Shown one piece after another: positions 8,717 to 17,438 of a stretch of DNA of 34,606 nt. Within the stretch, counting starts at the first letter, position 1. Each line of letters begins with the position of its first letter. The notes beneath the pieces are model-generated. The model worked only from the letters and a program-made list of their open reading frames with translations, made no database searches and had not been told where the DNA came from. The DNA lies in the IMG/VR virus record IMGVR_UViG_3300046787_000667, positions 1 through 34,606 of that record. One strand, given 5' to 3'. The position numbers and the translations under genes were made by a program. The DNA comes from a virus. Lineage: Duplodnaviria; Caudoviricetes.

Positions 8717-8722
8717 TTTTTA

Positions 8723-9238
8723 TTACCCCTTTATATTTTTAAATAATTCACAATCTAAAACTTTCATAGTTCTTAAACTACAAAAACCCAAATGCTGAAC
8801 ATCAGCCTTAGGTATTAATAATCCACGGGTGTAGTAACTGCCATTTTTAACATCATGACTACGGTAATGTTTACCATTCAGATCTAACCAATTAATTAGT
8901 TCATCTACACCAAAAACGAACAGGTTCTGATAATCATCATTTATAAACCAATAAAAGTAATAATTAGCATTATACTTTTTAGCCTGATAAGGTCCACCAA
9001 CTGTATTTTTATTGGTGTTGGCAATAGTTTCGATGAATAAATTCTTCGAGCTTTTATAGGTATCCGCCTTCAGTTCGATATAATATTTTGAATTTTCAGC
9101 CAATTTGGTTACACTGATATCAACTTCGTTATCAATTGCTAAATGTTTTGCGAATAAGGTCGAGCCAAACTTATCATTTATTTTTTTAACCATCAACCGT
9201 TCATAATATTTTCCCATTTTATTATCATTATCCCACAT
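8723..9238 (-). CDS. PD-(D/E)XK restriction-endonuclease-like nuclease
   Basis: Helix-1 E (GKYYE), VDI...YIELKAD catalytic pattern, followed by NLFIET. Confidence 0.7.
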   Translation of the reverse strand: MWDNDNKMGKYYERLMVKKINDKFGSTLFAKHLAIDNEVDISVTKLAENSKYYIELKADTYKSSKNLFIETIANTNKNTVGGPYQAKKYNANYYFYWFINDDYQNLFVFGVDELINWLDLNGKHYRSHDVKNGSYYTRGLLIPKADVQHLGFCSLRTMKVLDCELFKNIKG

Positions 9239-9331
9239 ATTAACACCTATTATTTATTGTTTGTATATTTACTTATTCAAGATTATTTTTGAAATCCCTT
9301 TATTTTTATCAGTTTTTTTCAGAAAAAGGGT

Positions 9332-9373
9332 AAATAAAAAGGCTGGTTAAACTTTTTACAGCTTAACCAGCCT
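9332..9373 (-). terminator. Intrinsic terminator after the polymerase operon
   Basis: AGGCTGGTTAA (9340-9350) / TTAACCAGCCT (9363-9373), then TTTTATTT on the minus strand. Confidence 0.8.
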
Positions 9374-9398
9374 CAATATTTTCAGTTATATTTTTAAA

Positions 9399-9548
9399 TC
9401 AGAGCTTCAACTGAACATCCAACACCTCCAATTTTGGTGGTTTCGCTGGCTTTTTTGGTGTTGAAGGCTGGATCCGTTGAATACATTGATGAATACATTT
9501 ATCGAATTCAGCGAACATCTTGTCATTAACCACGATTACATCATTCAT
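9399..9548 (-). CDS. 49-aa hypothetical protein
   Basis: ATG 9548 with AAGAGG SD just after the polymerase stop; preferred over the longer overlapping 9632 start. Confidence 0.5.
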   Translation of the reverse strand: MNDVIVVNDKMFAEFDKCIHQCIQRIQPSTPKKPAKPPKLEVLDVQLKL

Positions 9549-9570
9549 GTTTTTATTACCTCTTTTTTTA

Positions 9571-11022
9571 TTAAATACCCAAATCAACATAACCATCATC
9601 AAAAGTAATATCATTGGTAAAGGTGAACCCATCAGTACAGATATCTGATATGGTTACACTTTTATCAATACCCTTTTTATCAATACCTATAGACTTACCC
9701 ATAATGGTGGTGTAAGCCATATGCATCATAGCCCTTAATTCATCCTCATATGCTTCATCAATTACAAATGAGTCATGTACTGGTAAGGTCAATATACCTT
9801 TATCGGTGAAGTGACCAACCACCATTTCAGCAATCTGTGAATCCAACATCTGTAATTTAACACCAGCATCAGAACAGACCCATACTTCGATACCCTTACT
9901 GAACCTTGCTATATTATCATCCATGTCGGCAATGAACTTTTTACATTCAGGGCAGTTGGTGGTAAAAGCTTCGTTGCGGATCCATTGGCAAAACTTGGTT
10001 CTGGTCTGACAGTTAATCAACACCATTATTACAGTCTTGCAAAAAGACCTACTGAAACCATCAATAATGTAAGGGTCGAAGTTAAGTTCCTCACCCCGTT
10101 GGGCATAAAGCATTGATATATGTAATGCCTTAAAATCCAACTCAACAGTTTTTTTACCATTAATCAGTATTGAACTCCTTAGTTCACGCTTAATGGACTG
10201 CCAGTTGGAACCAACGGGGGTAAGACAATAAAATCTCCCGCCATAGATTAACTCATTAGTTATTTCACCACGGCAAAACATGGATATTAACTTCGGGTTA
10301 ACTATTGGTGTATTGTCATAGGTAATAGTGGTTTTATTTGCCAGCTTATACCAAGCATTCAAAAGTATCTCACGCCTTTTTGAAAATTTGGTTTCTGGAA
10401 ATTCCATATCTATACTTTTGACTTTTTTACCTTCCTTCATTTTACCTGACATACTGATTGGACACAGGCTGTCGATAAATTTAATAGTTTTACAAATCTC
10501 CTTGGCCTTACCATCAATTAACGCCACCAATGACGGTGTGGCTTTTATCTGGGTTGTTAAGCCAGTTAAATTACTACCCTTATACATTTCTATAAGGTTA
10601 TTGGCACTGAGCCATTCAACAGCATATTTCATATGGGCATACTTAATATGCATTTCTGAAAGCTTACTTTTTACAATTTCCTTTTTCTTTTTACAGAAAT
10701 AATAGGAATGATACCTATCCTTGTCCAATGCTACACCGCAGTACATCCCTTCATTTTCAGCGATGATGCAGTTCAAAAGCACAATTTTAAACCAGTACTT
10801 AAACCTGCTACCGTTCCGTTGCATCTTAATATCAGCCAAATACTGGTCGGCCAAAGTGTTCATCCATTCGGATCCATCAGCCCATTCTGATATTATCATA
10901 CCCTTGAAAGGGAATGACTTTGTAAAGTCTTGTTCTTCTTGCATGTTAAACCTCATTTGTTGTTTTTTGTAGTTGTTTGGAAAAAAAAGCTGGTGAGGAA
11001 CAACTAACCCCTTTCGGCTCAT
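9571..11022 (-). CDS. Minimal superfamily-A polymerase (TV-Pol-like), probable replication protein
   Basis: GGRFY, motif A VELDF, motif B-like K...LIN, LQ-x-x-DS-x-I, motif C PVHDS; no exonuclease domain; start may be ATG 10944 (GAGG SD). Confidence 0.75.
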   Translation of the reverse strand: MSRKGLVVPHQLFFPNNYKKQQMRFNMQEEQDFTKSFPFKGMIISEWADGSEWMNTLADQYLADIKMQRNGSRFKYWFKIVLLNCIIAENEGMYCGVALDKDRYHSYYFCKKKKEIVKSKLSEMHIKYAHMKYAVEWLSANNLIEMYKGSNLTGLTTQIKATPSLVALIDGKAKEICKTIKFIDSLCPISMSGKMKEGKKVKSIDMEFPETKFSKRREILLNAWYKLANKTTITYDNTPIVNPKLISMFCRGEITNELIYGGRFYCLTPVGSNWQSIKRELRSSILINGKKTVELDFKALHISMLYAQRGEELNFDPYIIDGFSRSFCKTVIMVLINCQTRTKFCQWIRNEAFTTNCPECKKFIADMDDNIARFSKGIEVWVCSDAGVKLQMLDSQIAEMVVGHFTDKGILTLPVHDSFVIDEAYEDELRAMMHMAYTTIMGKSIGIDKKGIDKSVTISDICTDGFTFTNDITFDDGYVDLGI

Positions 11023-11051
11023 GACTTCCGAAATTTTAACCAGCCAAGGTT

Positions 11052-11079
11052 ATTATACCGCATAATTCAATAAAGCCAA
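11052..11079 (-). promoter_or_regulatory. Promoter of the polymerase gene
   Basis: TTGGCT-N16-TATAAT on the minus strand. Confidence 0.55.
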
Positions 11080-11104
11080 CTGAATGTCCTGCGTGATAAT
11101 CATG

Positions 11105-11181
11105 TATTTGTTATACTTTTTTTGAAAAAGATTTTTCAGCCATGAAAATCATTCATCTATTTGTTATACTTTTTTTTGAAA
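11105..11181. repeat. Direct repeat pair TATTTGTTATAC(T7-8)GAAA
   Basis: Copies at 11105-11127 and 11158-11181, upstream of the polymerase promoter. Confidence 0.85.
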
Positions 11182-11651
11182 TCATAAATCCTTGATATTC
11201 AACGACTTATGCACTTTTGGTTTTTTTACTCCTTTTATATAAGTAAAACTATCATATTGATGTTTTTACTATCATTTTATAAAGACTTAATAACAACTAT
11301 ATCATTTTTACCTATTTTTGATATTTGTCATCACACCACCAATTTACACCAACTTATTTATCATTTTCTTTATAAAGTCCTTTTTTACATTTTTGATAAT
11401 TAGTTATCATCAACAAACTTTATATTAACTTTATAACCATCTATAATCATTAAGTCTTTATTAAGTTTACCTATGATGTCAGCAAATGCCCTTTAAAGGC
11501 TTCGTAATGGTTAACCTATACCCATTGTCATGTTGGTGTCTATATTTGTCATGTTGCCCTATTAGCTTGGTTATTATTAATCAGCTACCATATTACTTAG
11601 GTTAGGTATGTTGATATGATATTGGTGTTATATCATCACCTTTAACCATTA

Positions 11652-12200
11652 GTTATAATAGCTATTTTAGCCTCAATAATGGCTTATATTACTGCTTAAT
11701 GGGAGATTATATGGTTATAGTTGGTTATTATTACTGTTTATGAACTTCTTATTATTATTATCTACTGTTCTTATATTGGTGTAATAACATAGTTAAATTG
11801 GTTAAATTAGCCTCAAATATAGCTTATTCTACTGCTTAATGGGAGATTACTATAATTGTGTGTTATTATGTTATATTGGTTATCTATAATGTGTTTTTTT
11901 TTTTTAGAATAGTTTTTTTTTTTTTTTACATATCCAATACATATCAACAATAATAATATAATAGTAGTAATAAACCATCAAGTATATTACTATTCTCCCA
12001 TTAAGCAGTAATATAAGGGTTATTTGAGGTTAATTAACCTATTATTACACACTTAACAACAATCAATTAGCATTCAACTAAACCATATTAAACCAGTAGA
12101 TATAAACCATTAACATCACAATAACAACCAACTATATTTATACTATCTCCCATTAAGCAGTAATATAAGGGTTATTTGAGGCTAAAATGACTATTATAAC
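11652..12200. repeat. Origin-like symmetric array: two direct and two inverted ~45-55-bp repeats around poly-T tracts
   Basis: Core TACTGCTTAATGGGAGA ends at 11706 and 11846; its reverse complement starts at 11994 and 12146; T12 (11894-11905) and T15 (11913-11927) lie at the symmetry centre. Confidence 0.85.
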
Positions 12201-12311
12201 CATATCATTTACACCAAGGTAGAAGGTGTATAATAATGACATCATATCAGAAGAAGGATTATTACGGGTAAATATAGAAACATAGTAATAACCAATAACA
12301 AGGAGGTTAAT

Positions 12312-12482
12312 ATGAATAAAGAAATAGAAAGACGAATTAATTGGATATTTGGATTAGTAGATGGTAAACCATTTATTGATGAAGATTATAAAGAGTTAGA
12401 TGAACGGTTAATAACTGATGATATAATCACAACAACTGACTGTGTAACTAATATGGTAATCAGCTTAAATTCAATAAAGTAA
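12312..12482 (+). CDS. 56-aa hypothetical protein
   Basis: Perfect SD AGGAGG at 12301-12306; MNKEIERRINWIFGLVDGKPF...; missing from the ORF track. Confidence 0.6.
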   Translation: MNKEIERRINWIFGLVDGKPFIDEDYKELDERLITDDIITTTDCVTNMVISLNSIK

Positions 12483-12492
12483 TAAACCAAGG

Positions 12493-12545
12493 AGCCCTTT
12501 AAGCATTTAAACCGTACTTGGTGTCGGCTTATAGCTTAAAGGGCT
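12493..12545. terminator. Inverted repeat between convergent small genes
   Basis: AGCCCTTTAAGC (12493-12504) / GCTTAAAGGGCT (12534-12545), 29-nt loop. Confidence 0.45.
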
Positions 12546-12570
12546 TTAATGGGCTTTAAATCAATTTGGG

Positions 12571-12705
12571 TTAAGGTTGCTGTAATTCATCAATACGCTT
12601 TATAATTTCATAATATCTATCAGTCCATGGTGGTGTTAACCCTAATTCAATTTTCAAAAGATTTAATTCTTTATCCAATCCATAGATAGTTGCTAGGTCA
12701 GTCAT
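12571..12705 (-). CDS. 44-aa hypothetical protein
   Basis: MTDLATIYGLDKELNLLKIELG...; overlaps the stop of the upstream gene. Confidence 0.5.
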   Translation of the reverse strand: MTDLATIYGLDKELNLLKIELGLTPPWTDRYYEIIKRIDELQQP

Positions 12706-13084
12706 TTCTTTTCAACACTCCGTTATAACCACCATCTTCACACCATTTCAGAAACATAGGTTGAATGAACCATGTTCTACCATTACGACCAAACATATCA
12801 GACATCTCATGTATCAGTTGACGGAATTCACTTTCATCCATTTCCAACCTTTTAGAAATACTGAGATATGAATTTTCAAATCTATTATAGGTGGAAGCCT
12901 TTTCGTTCATTTTACCAGCCATAAAGAAAATAATTCTTAAATCCTTTGGCATGGTAACTAAGGCTTTGGCTGGTACAAACCAACAATAACCCAATAACCT
13001 TTTTAGAAAATATCTACGCATATCATCGGTACTCATAGGAGCCCTTTTCAACTCTTGGATCTGTTCAGGTGTTAAATCATTCAT
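12698..13084 (-). CDS. Hypothetical protein, possibly winged-helix
   Basis: 128-aa ORF; SYLSISKRLEMDESEFRQLI resembles an HTH. Confidence 0.55.
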   Translation of the reverse strand: MNDLTPEQIQELKRAPMSTDDMRRYFLKRLLGYCWFVPAKALVTMPKDLRIIFFMAGKMNEKASTYNRFENSYLSISKRLEMDESEFRQLIHEMSDMFGRNGRTWFIQPMFLKWCEDGGYNGVLKRND

Positions 13085-13085
13085 A

Positions 13086-13325
13086 TTAAAACCCCAAATA
13101 AAGGTGAGTGGAAATATCAGAAAGCGTGATTTTTACAAATAGGTCAATATTTTCTACACCATTAATATCCCAAATATAATCACTAGTATAAGCCTCGGAG
13201 AATTCAACCCAATAGGTAAATTGATATTGACCACTACCAATTATAGTTGGACCCTCCTGACATAAGGAATACAATTCACAATATTTTCTATGAGCCTTTA
13301 GGAAATTAGATTCATTGTTTTTCAT
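13086..13325 (-). CDS. Hypothetical protein
   Basis: 79 aa; 1-nt gaps to both neighbours. Confidence 0.6.
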   Translation of the reverse strand: MKNNESNFLKAHRKYCELYSLCQEGPTIIGSGQYQFTYWVEFSEAYTSDYIWDINGVENIDLFVKITLSDISTHLYLGF

Positions 13326-13326
13326 T

Positions 13327-13509
13327 TTACTTTACCTTTTTGTTTCTCAGATAGTTATCAATATTGAATCCATCAAGTTTATCATTCATAAGTTCTTCAA
13401 GCGATTCTTGAAGTAAAAGCCTGAAATTCAACTTTTTATCATTAGTTTCCAATCTGTTAATTAATTCAGAAATCTTTGAGTTGACACGAATCGACACATG
13501 CGTTTTCAT
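13327..13509 (-). CDS. Ribbon-helix-helix-like regulator
   Basis: MKTHVSIRVNSKISELINRL alternating strand then helices; AAGGA SD and promoter position favour ATG 13509. Confidence 0.55.
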   Translation of the reverse strand: MKTHVSIRVNSKISELINRLETNDKKLNFRLLLQESLEELMNDKLDGFNIDNYLRNKKVK

Positions 13510-13541
13510 AATAAGTTCCTTTTTTGTGGTGGGGACATAAT

Positions 13542-13570
13542 AATATACCTGATATTGTGACACATATCAA
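13542..13570 (-). promoter_or_regulatory. Leftward promoter with internal near-palindrome
   Basis: TTGATA-N17-TATATT; GATATTGTGACACATATC (13551-13568) overlaps the spacer and -35. Confidence 0.6.
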
Positions 13571-13599
13571 TAGTATAGTTTATATTTGTTCCTATTTAT

Positions 13600-13628
13600 T
13601 TGAAAATGTTTTACAAACGCTGTATAAT
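13600..13628 (+). promoter_or_regulatory. Strong rightward sigma70-like promoter
   Basis: TTGAAA-N17-TATAAT, flanked by an inverted repeat at 13579-13597 / 13649-13668. Confidence 0.75.
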
Positions 13629-13679
13629 AATTTTGACAGTTGCTTTAAAAATAGGGAACAAATATAAAGGAGTACTTAT

Positions 13680-14195
13680 ATGAAAGATGAATCGTTGGAA
13701 AATAAAATTACCATTGTTGGTGTAGACCTATCACTGGTGAATACTGGGTTAGCTATTTATCGTGATGGTGAAATAGTAATGCGAAATATCAAAGTTACCG
13801 ATAAAGTTAAAAGAGAAAACAAAATTGAAACCAATTACGATACTTACCACCACATTATAAGTTGTATTGATGAAATTATCAGAGAAGAGAGTAAGATGAT
13901 TTTTGTAATTGAAGATACCTTCGTTAATGCTCGTAATGGTGCTACTAGTAAGAAACTTATTCAATTAGGTGCTTACTTAAGGTTTTATTTAACTCAACGG
14001 GGTACACCATTTATGGATTTACCACCTACCAGTTTAAAATTATTTGTTACTGGTGATGGTAAAGCTACTAAAGAAATGATGATGAAGAAAATTCAAGAGA
14101 TTACTAAATTAGGTAAAATGGATGATAATGTGGCCGATGCTATTGGACTTTGTTTTTTCGGCGTAAAATGGGTAAAGGATAATATTAATGAGTGA
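13680..14195 (+). CDS. ruvC: RuvC-like Holliday junction resolvase
   Basis: GVDLSLVNTG, VIED, PTSLKLFVTGDGKATKEMM, DNVADAIG motifs. Confidence 0.9.
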   Translation: MKDESLENKITIVGVDLSLVNTGLAIYRDGEIVMRNIKVTDKVKRENKIETNYDTYHHIISCIDEIIREESKMIFVIEDTFVNARNGATSKKLIQLGAYLRFYLTQRGTPFMDLPPTSLKLFVTGDGKATKEMMMKKIQEITKLGKMDDNVADAIGLCFFGVKWVKDNINE

Positions 14196-14409
14196 CATAT
14201 TGGAACGGGATACGGTTATAAGAACTGTTGTGGTTAAAAATATTAGTACATTTTCAGAATTACTCGATATTTTACACACCTATAGGCATAAAAGAGGGAT
14301 TGTTATAGATAATGTTGATATAACTTTTCAGTATACTGACTTAGAAACAAAAGCTGAGTATAAAGCTAGAAAAGAAATTTTGAAAAATACAAAGGATATT
14401 TCAAAATAA
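14188..14409 (+). CDS. Hypothetical protein
   Basis: Overlapping start, AAGGA SD. Confidence 0.6.
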   Translation: MSDILERDTVIRTVVVKNISTFSELLDILHTYRHKRGIVIDNVDITFQYTDLETKAEYKARKEILKNTKDISK

Positions 14410-14439
14410 TTAAGAACTATAACAAAAAGGAGTATCAAA

Positions 14440-14694
14440 ATGGATGAAATTAAACAATTAGAAGAACGGTTAAAACAACTTAAACTTGAAAAGCGTCTAA
14501 AAGAATTAAAGGAATCGGGTGGAGAAGAGGTTTATACTCAGGCTTACTCAATTAAATATGACGCAAATAAATTTAGATTAGAAAAAATAAAAGAAAATTG
14601 GGTGTTAGTTGAAATTGTTGAAGAAGTGGATCCTGAAAAGGAAACTGAATTTTCAACTGAAGATATCAGAAAATTAAAAAAGGAGAAAAATTAA
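14440..14694 (+). CDS. Hypothetical charged protein
   Basis: AAGGAG SD, coiled-coil N-terminus. Confidence 0.65.
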   Translation: MDEIKQLEERLKQLKLEKRLKELKESGGEEVYTQAYSIKYDANKFRLEKIKENWVLVEIVEEVDPEKETEFSTEDIRKLKKEKN

Positions 14695-14942
14695 TGAGTG
14701 ATATAAAGAAAAAAAGAACATCAGCGAAGATGTTAAAATCAAAAATTAAAGAATTGGAAAACTCAATTGCTATTTTGGAGTTTAAACTAAAAGAAAAAGA
14801 GATTTCACTTTTACCACCAGTGGACCAATGGGCTATGGATTCATTAAATAAATGTTTGGTTGAAAAGTTAAAAAAACAATCAGATGAACATAGACTGGCC
14901 ACTATTAAACAATTTTTTGGAGAAATTAAAAATGAAGGTTGA
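14694..14942 (+). CDS. Hypothetical basic coiled-coil protein
   Basis: TAATG coupling, AAGGAG SD. Confidence 0.65.
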   Translation: MSDIKKKRTSAKMLKSKIKELENSIAILEFKLKEKEISLLPPVDQWAMDSLNKCLVEKLKKQSDEHRLATIKQFFGEIKNEG

Positions 14943-15219
14943 AGGAAAAGAACAAATAGCAAAACATCTTTATGAAATTAATAAAGATTTATTTACCAAT
15001 TGGACAGAAAGCCAGTTTAATAATTGGTGTAAAAATAAAATTAAATCTGAAAGTGTCCAATTGGTAAAGATTCATGACCAATCACCATTCGTTTATTGGA
15101 ATCTGAAAATTGTTAATGTAACAGCTAAAGAATTGGATCCAACAACTATAACCGAAATTGTAAAAGAAAGAGCTGAAGAGGTTAAGAAAACTAGAGGGAG
15201 GCCAAAGTTAAATGGATAA
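14932..15219 (+). CDS. Hypothetical protein with C-terminal RGRP (AT-hook-like) motif
   Basis: GGAG SD before ATG 14932; ends KKTRGRPKLNG. Confidence 0.6.
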   Translation: MKVEGKEQIAKHLYEINKDLFTNWTESQFNNWCKNKIKSESVQLVKIHDQSPFVYWNLKIVNVTAKELDPTTITEIVKERAEEVKKTRGRPKLNG

Positions 15220-15742
15220 TAAAGACAATCCCCTATATACTTTCAGCTTAACTCAGGAGGATGCGTGTATTCAACCTGATATTTATTTTGATGACCCAGT
15301 AGAAGAAGTTAAAGATAATTATTTATTAGCTAGAGTTATTATTACTCAATTACTAGAATCATCTTCTAATATGCAGTCATTACAGATTCTAATGTGCCTA
15401 TTTGCTGGTCTTTCTCTGAGAGAATCATCTAAGATTTGTAATGTATCTCATGAACATTGTAGAAAGATTTTAGAAATGACCAAACAAACTCATCCAGAAC
15501 TATATTCAGTAATAAAGTCACAACGATATACGGTACAATCTTTAGTGCCTACGCTGATTAATAAAAGATATACAGTAACAGATTTGACAAATTCTCAAAA
15601 GAAAGAATCTCACTACTCATCTGTTAAGGCTATAGCTAAAAAATATGATGTAACTACTGGTAGCATATATGTTCATATGTACAGAGGTAGTAAAGTTCCG
15701 ATTGATAAAAGAATTATTGTAAAGAAAAATAATAAGGAATAA
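15212..15742 (+). CDS. HTH DNA-binding protein (sigma region-4-like plus second HTH); candidate late regulator
   Basis: GLSLRESSKICNVSHEHCRKIL and YSSVKAIAKKYDVTTGSIY; lies just before the terminase genes. Confidence 0.5.
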   Translation: MDNKDNPLYTFSLTQEDACIQPDIYFDDPVEEVKDNYLLARVIITQLLESSSNMQSLQILMCLFAGLSLRESSKICNVSHEHCRKILEMTKQTHPELYSVIKSQRYTVQSLVPTLINKRYTVTDLTNSQKKESHYSSVKAIAKKYDVTTGSIYVHMYRGSKVPIDKRIIVKKNNKE

Positions 15743-15747
15743 AAAAT

Positions 15748-16125
15748 ATGGCAGTCCAAGGGTCAAAATATAAACATACTAAGGCACAACTTACAGAGGC
15801 CATTATGAAATGTAATGGTACTTATGTATCGTTGGCTAAAATATTAGGTATGGGGTGTAGTTTTACGGCACAAAAACGAATAGCTAAAGACCCAGAACTA
15901 TTGAAGTTGATGGAAGAGAAGCAGGGTGAAGTATTAGATATTGCTGAAGATGTTCTTATGGCCAATTTAAAATCTAAAAATGAAATGGTTAAGGCAAGAA
16001 CAGCAGAATTCATTTTAAAAACTTTACCTAATTCTAGATATAAAGAAAAACCAACTGAAGATATTCAAGCTCAATTAATTAAAATGCTTGATAGAATGAT
16101 GTCTAATACTGACGATAAAAATTAA
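15748..16125 (+). CDS. terS: Terminase small subunit (probable)
   Basis: N-terminal HTH-like helices, helical body, directly upstream of terL. Confidence 0.7.
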   Translation: MAVQGSKYKHTKAQLTEAIMKCNGTYVSLAKILGMGCSFTAQKRIAKDPELLKLMEEKQGEVLDIAEDVLMANLKSKNEMVKARTAEFILKTLPNSRYKEKPTEDIQAQLIKMLDRMMSNTDDKN

Positions 16126-16135
16126 GGTTTTTAAT

Positions 16136-17392
16136 ATGTTATGGAAGCTCACAGAAAAACAAAAAGAGATGTCCAGAATCATAGAGCAAAATAAAATGAC
16201 TCTATGTATTGGCCAAGGTAGAACTGGTAAAACTCTTTTAATTGTTACAAAAATGTTTCGTGATGCTATTAAGTACCCAAATACTAACCAAGCAATATTC
16301 AGAAATACTTTAGCAAGTGCTGTTGATGGTATATGGAAAATAACAGTTAAAGAAGTTATTGCCAATTTTTTTCCAGCACTACCTCTTATGGAAGGTTTTA
16401 AAATAAATGAAACTGACCATGAAATAACTTTCCCTAATGGATCCAGAATAGTTTTAAAAGGGTTAGATAATAAAGAGAGGGTACAAAAAATACTTTCAAC
16501 ACAATGGATGCAAATATTTTTAGATGAAGCACATTTAATTCAATATGAACATGTTGGACTATTACTTACCCGTTTACCACAACCATTAGATGTAGATTAT
16601 AAGGTTAGAATTATATGTGCCGCTAACTGGTGTCCTAATAATCATTGGTTAAAAACTTTTTTTGCTGATGGTTTGAATCCAGAAACTAAAACACCACACG
16701 AACAACCTATTGGAATCATTACCAGTATTACACAGGATAATACAACGATTAACGCTGAAGAGTATTTAGATACATTAAATAAGGCTGGTGATAGGCGTTC
16801 TAGGTTAATGTGTGCGGGTAATGGTTTTTATAATGAATTAGATGGGGCTATTTGGCAAATCAGTTATATTCTAAGAAAGCCTCGACCTGATACTTTTGAT
16901 AAAATTGTTTTAGCATTTGACCCAGCAGTTTCGAATACTAGTAAATCAGATGAACATGGTGTTTGTATTGCTGGCTCAAAATATAATAAAGAAAAATCTC
17001 AAAATGAATTTTATGTATTAAATTGTTTTGAGAAAAAGGCAGATATGAATGATATAGCTAAAGAAGTAATAGCACTTTATCATCAGTATGGTTGCCAAAA
17101 ATTAATTTATGAAGAAAATAATGGTGGTAAATGGATTGAAACCCTTATTAAGAATCATGCTAAAGATGTTTTAACAGAAGGTATTAGAGCTAGAGTTGGT
17201 AAACTTCTTAGAGCTGAACCTATAGCTGGTCTTTATTGTAATGGTGTAGTATTCCATTGTGGACAATTTAGACAATTAGAAGAGCAGATGTTAACCTTTG
17301 ATGGTAATGGTGATTCTCCTAATGCGTTGGATGCACTAGTTTATGCTATTCAATTTTTAAATGTAAAGAAAGTAGCTAGAGGTCCAATGTGA
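16136..17392 (+). CDS. terL: Terminase large subunit
   Basis: Walker A GQGRTGKT, Walker B IFLDEA, nuclease AFDPA and DSPNALDA. Confidence 0.95.
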   Translation: MLWKLTEKQKEMSRIIEQNKMTLCIGQGRTGKTLLIVTKMFRDAIKYPNTNQAIFRNTLASAVDGIWKITVKEVIANFFPALPLMEGFKINETDHEITFPNGSRIVLKGLDNKERVQKILSTQWMQIFLDEAHLIQYEHVGLLLTRLPQPLDVDYKVRIICAANWCPNNHWLKTFFADGLNPETKTPHEQPIGIITSITQDNTTINAEEYLDTLNKAGDRRSRLMCAGNGFYNELDGAIWQISYILRKPRPDTFDKIVLAFDPAVSNTSKSDEHGVCIAGSKYNKEKSQNEFYVLNCFEKKADMNDIAKEVIALYHQYGCQKLIYEENNGGKWIETLIKNHAKDVLTEGIRARVGKLLRAEPIAGLYCNGVVFHCGQFRQLEEQMLTFDGNGDSPNALDALVYAIQFLNVKKVARGPM

Positions 17393-17438
17393 TGTTGACA
17401 AGACGCTTAAATAATAATTTAAAGAGGAATAAAAAGTA

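Noticed and set aside
10328-11403. Plus-strand ORFs at 10328, 10708, 10721 and 11209
   Set aside because: Antisense shadows of the polymerase gene or low-complexity T-rich DNA, without RBS or motifs.
11652-12200. CRISPR array or hairpin-telomere site
   Set aside because: Repeats are in both orientations with ~100-bp low-complexity spacers and no cas genes; the centre is not a perfect palindrome and no protelomerase is present.
12208-12234. Promoter TTTACA...TATAAT for the 12312 ORF
   Set aside because: The spacer is only 15 nt in very AT-rich DNA; plausible but not supportable.
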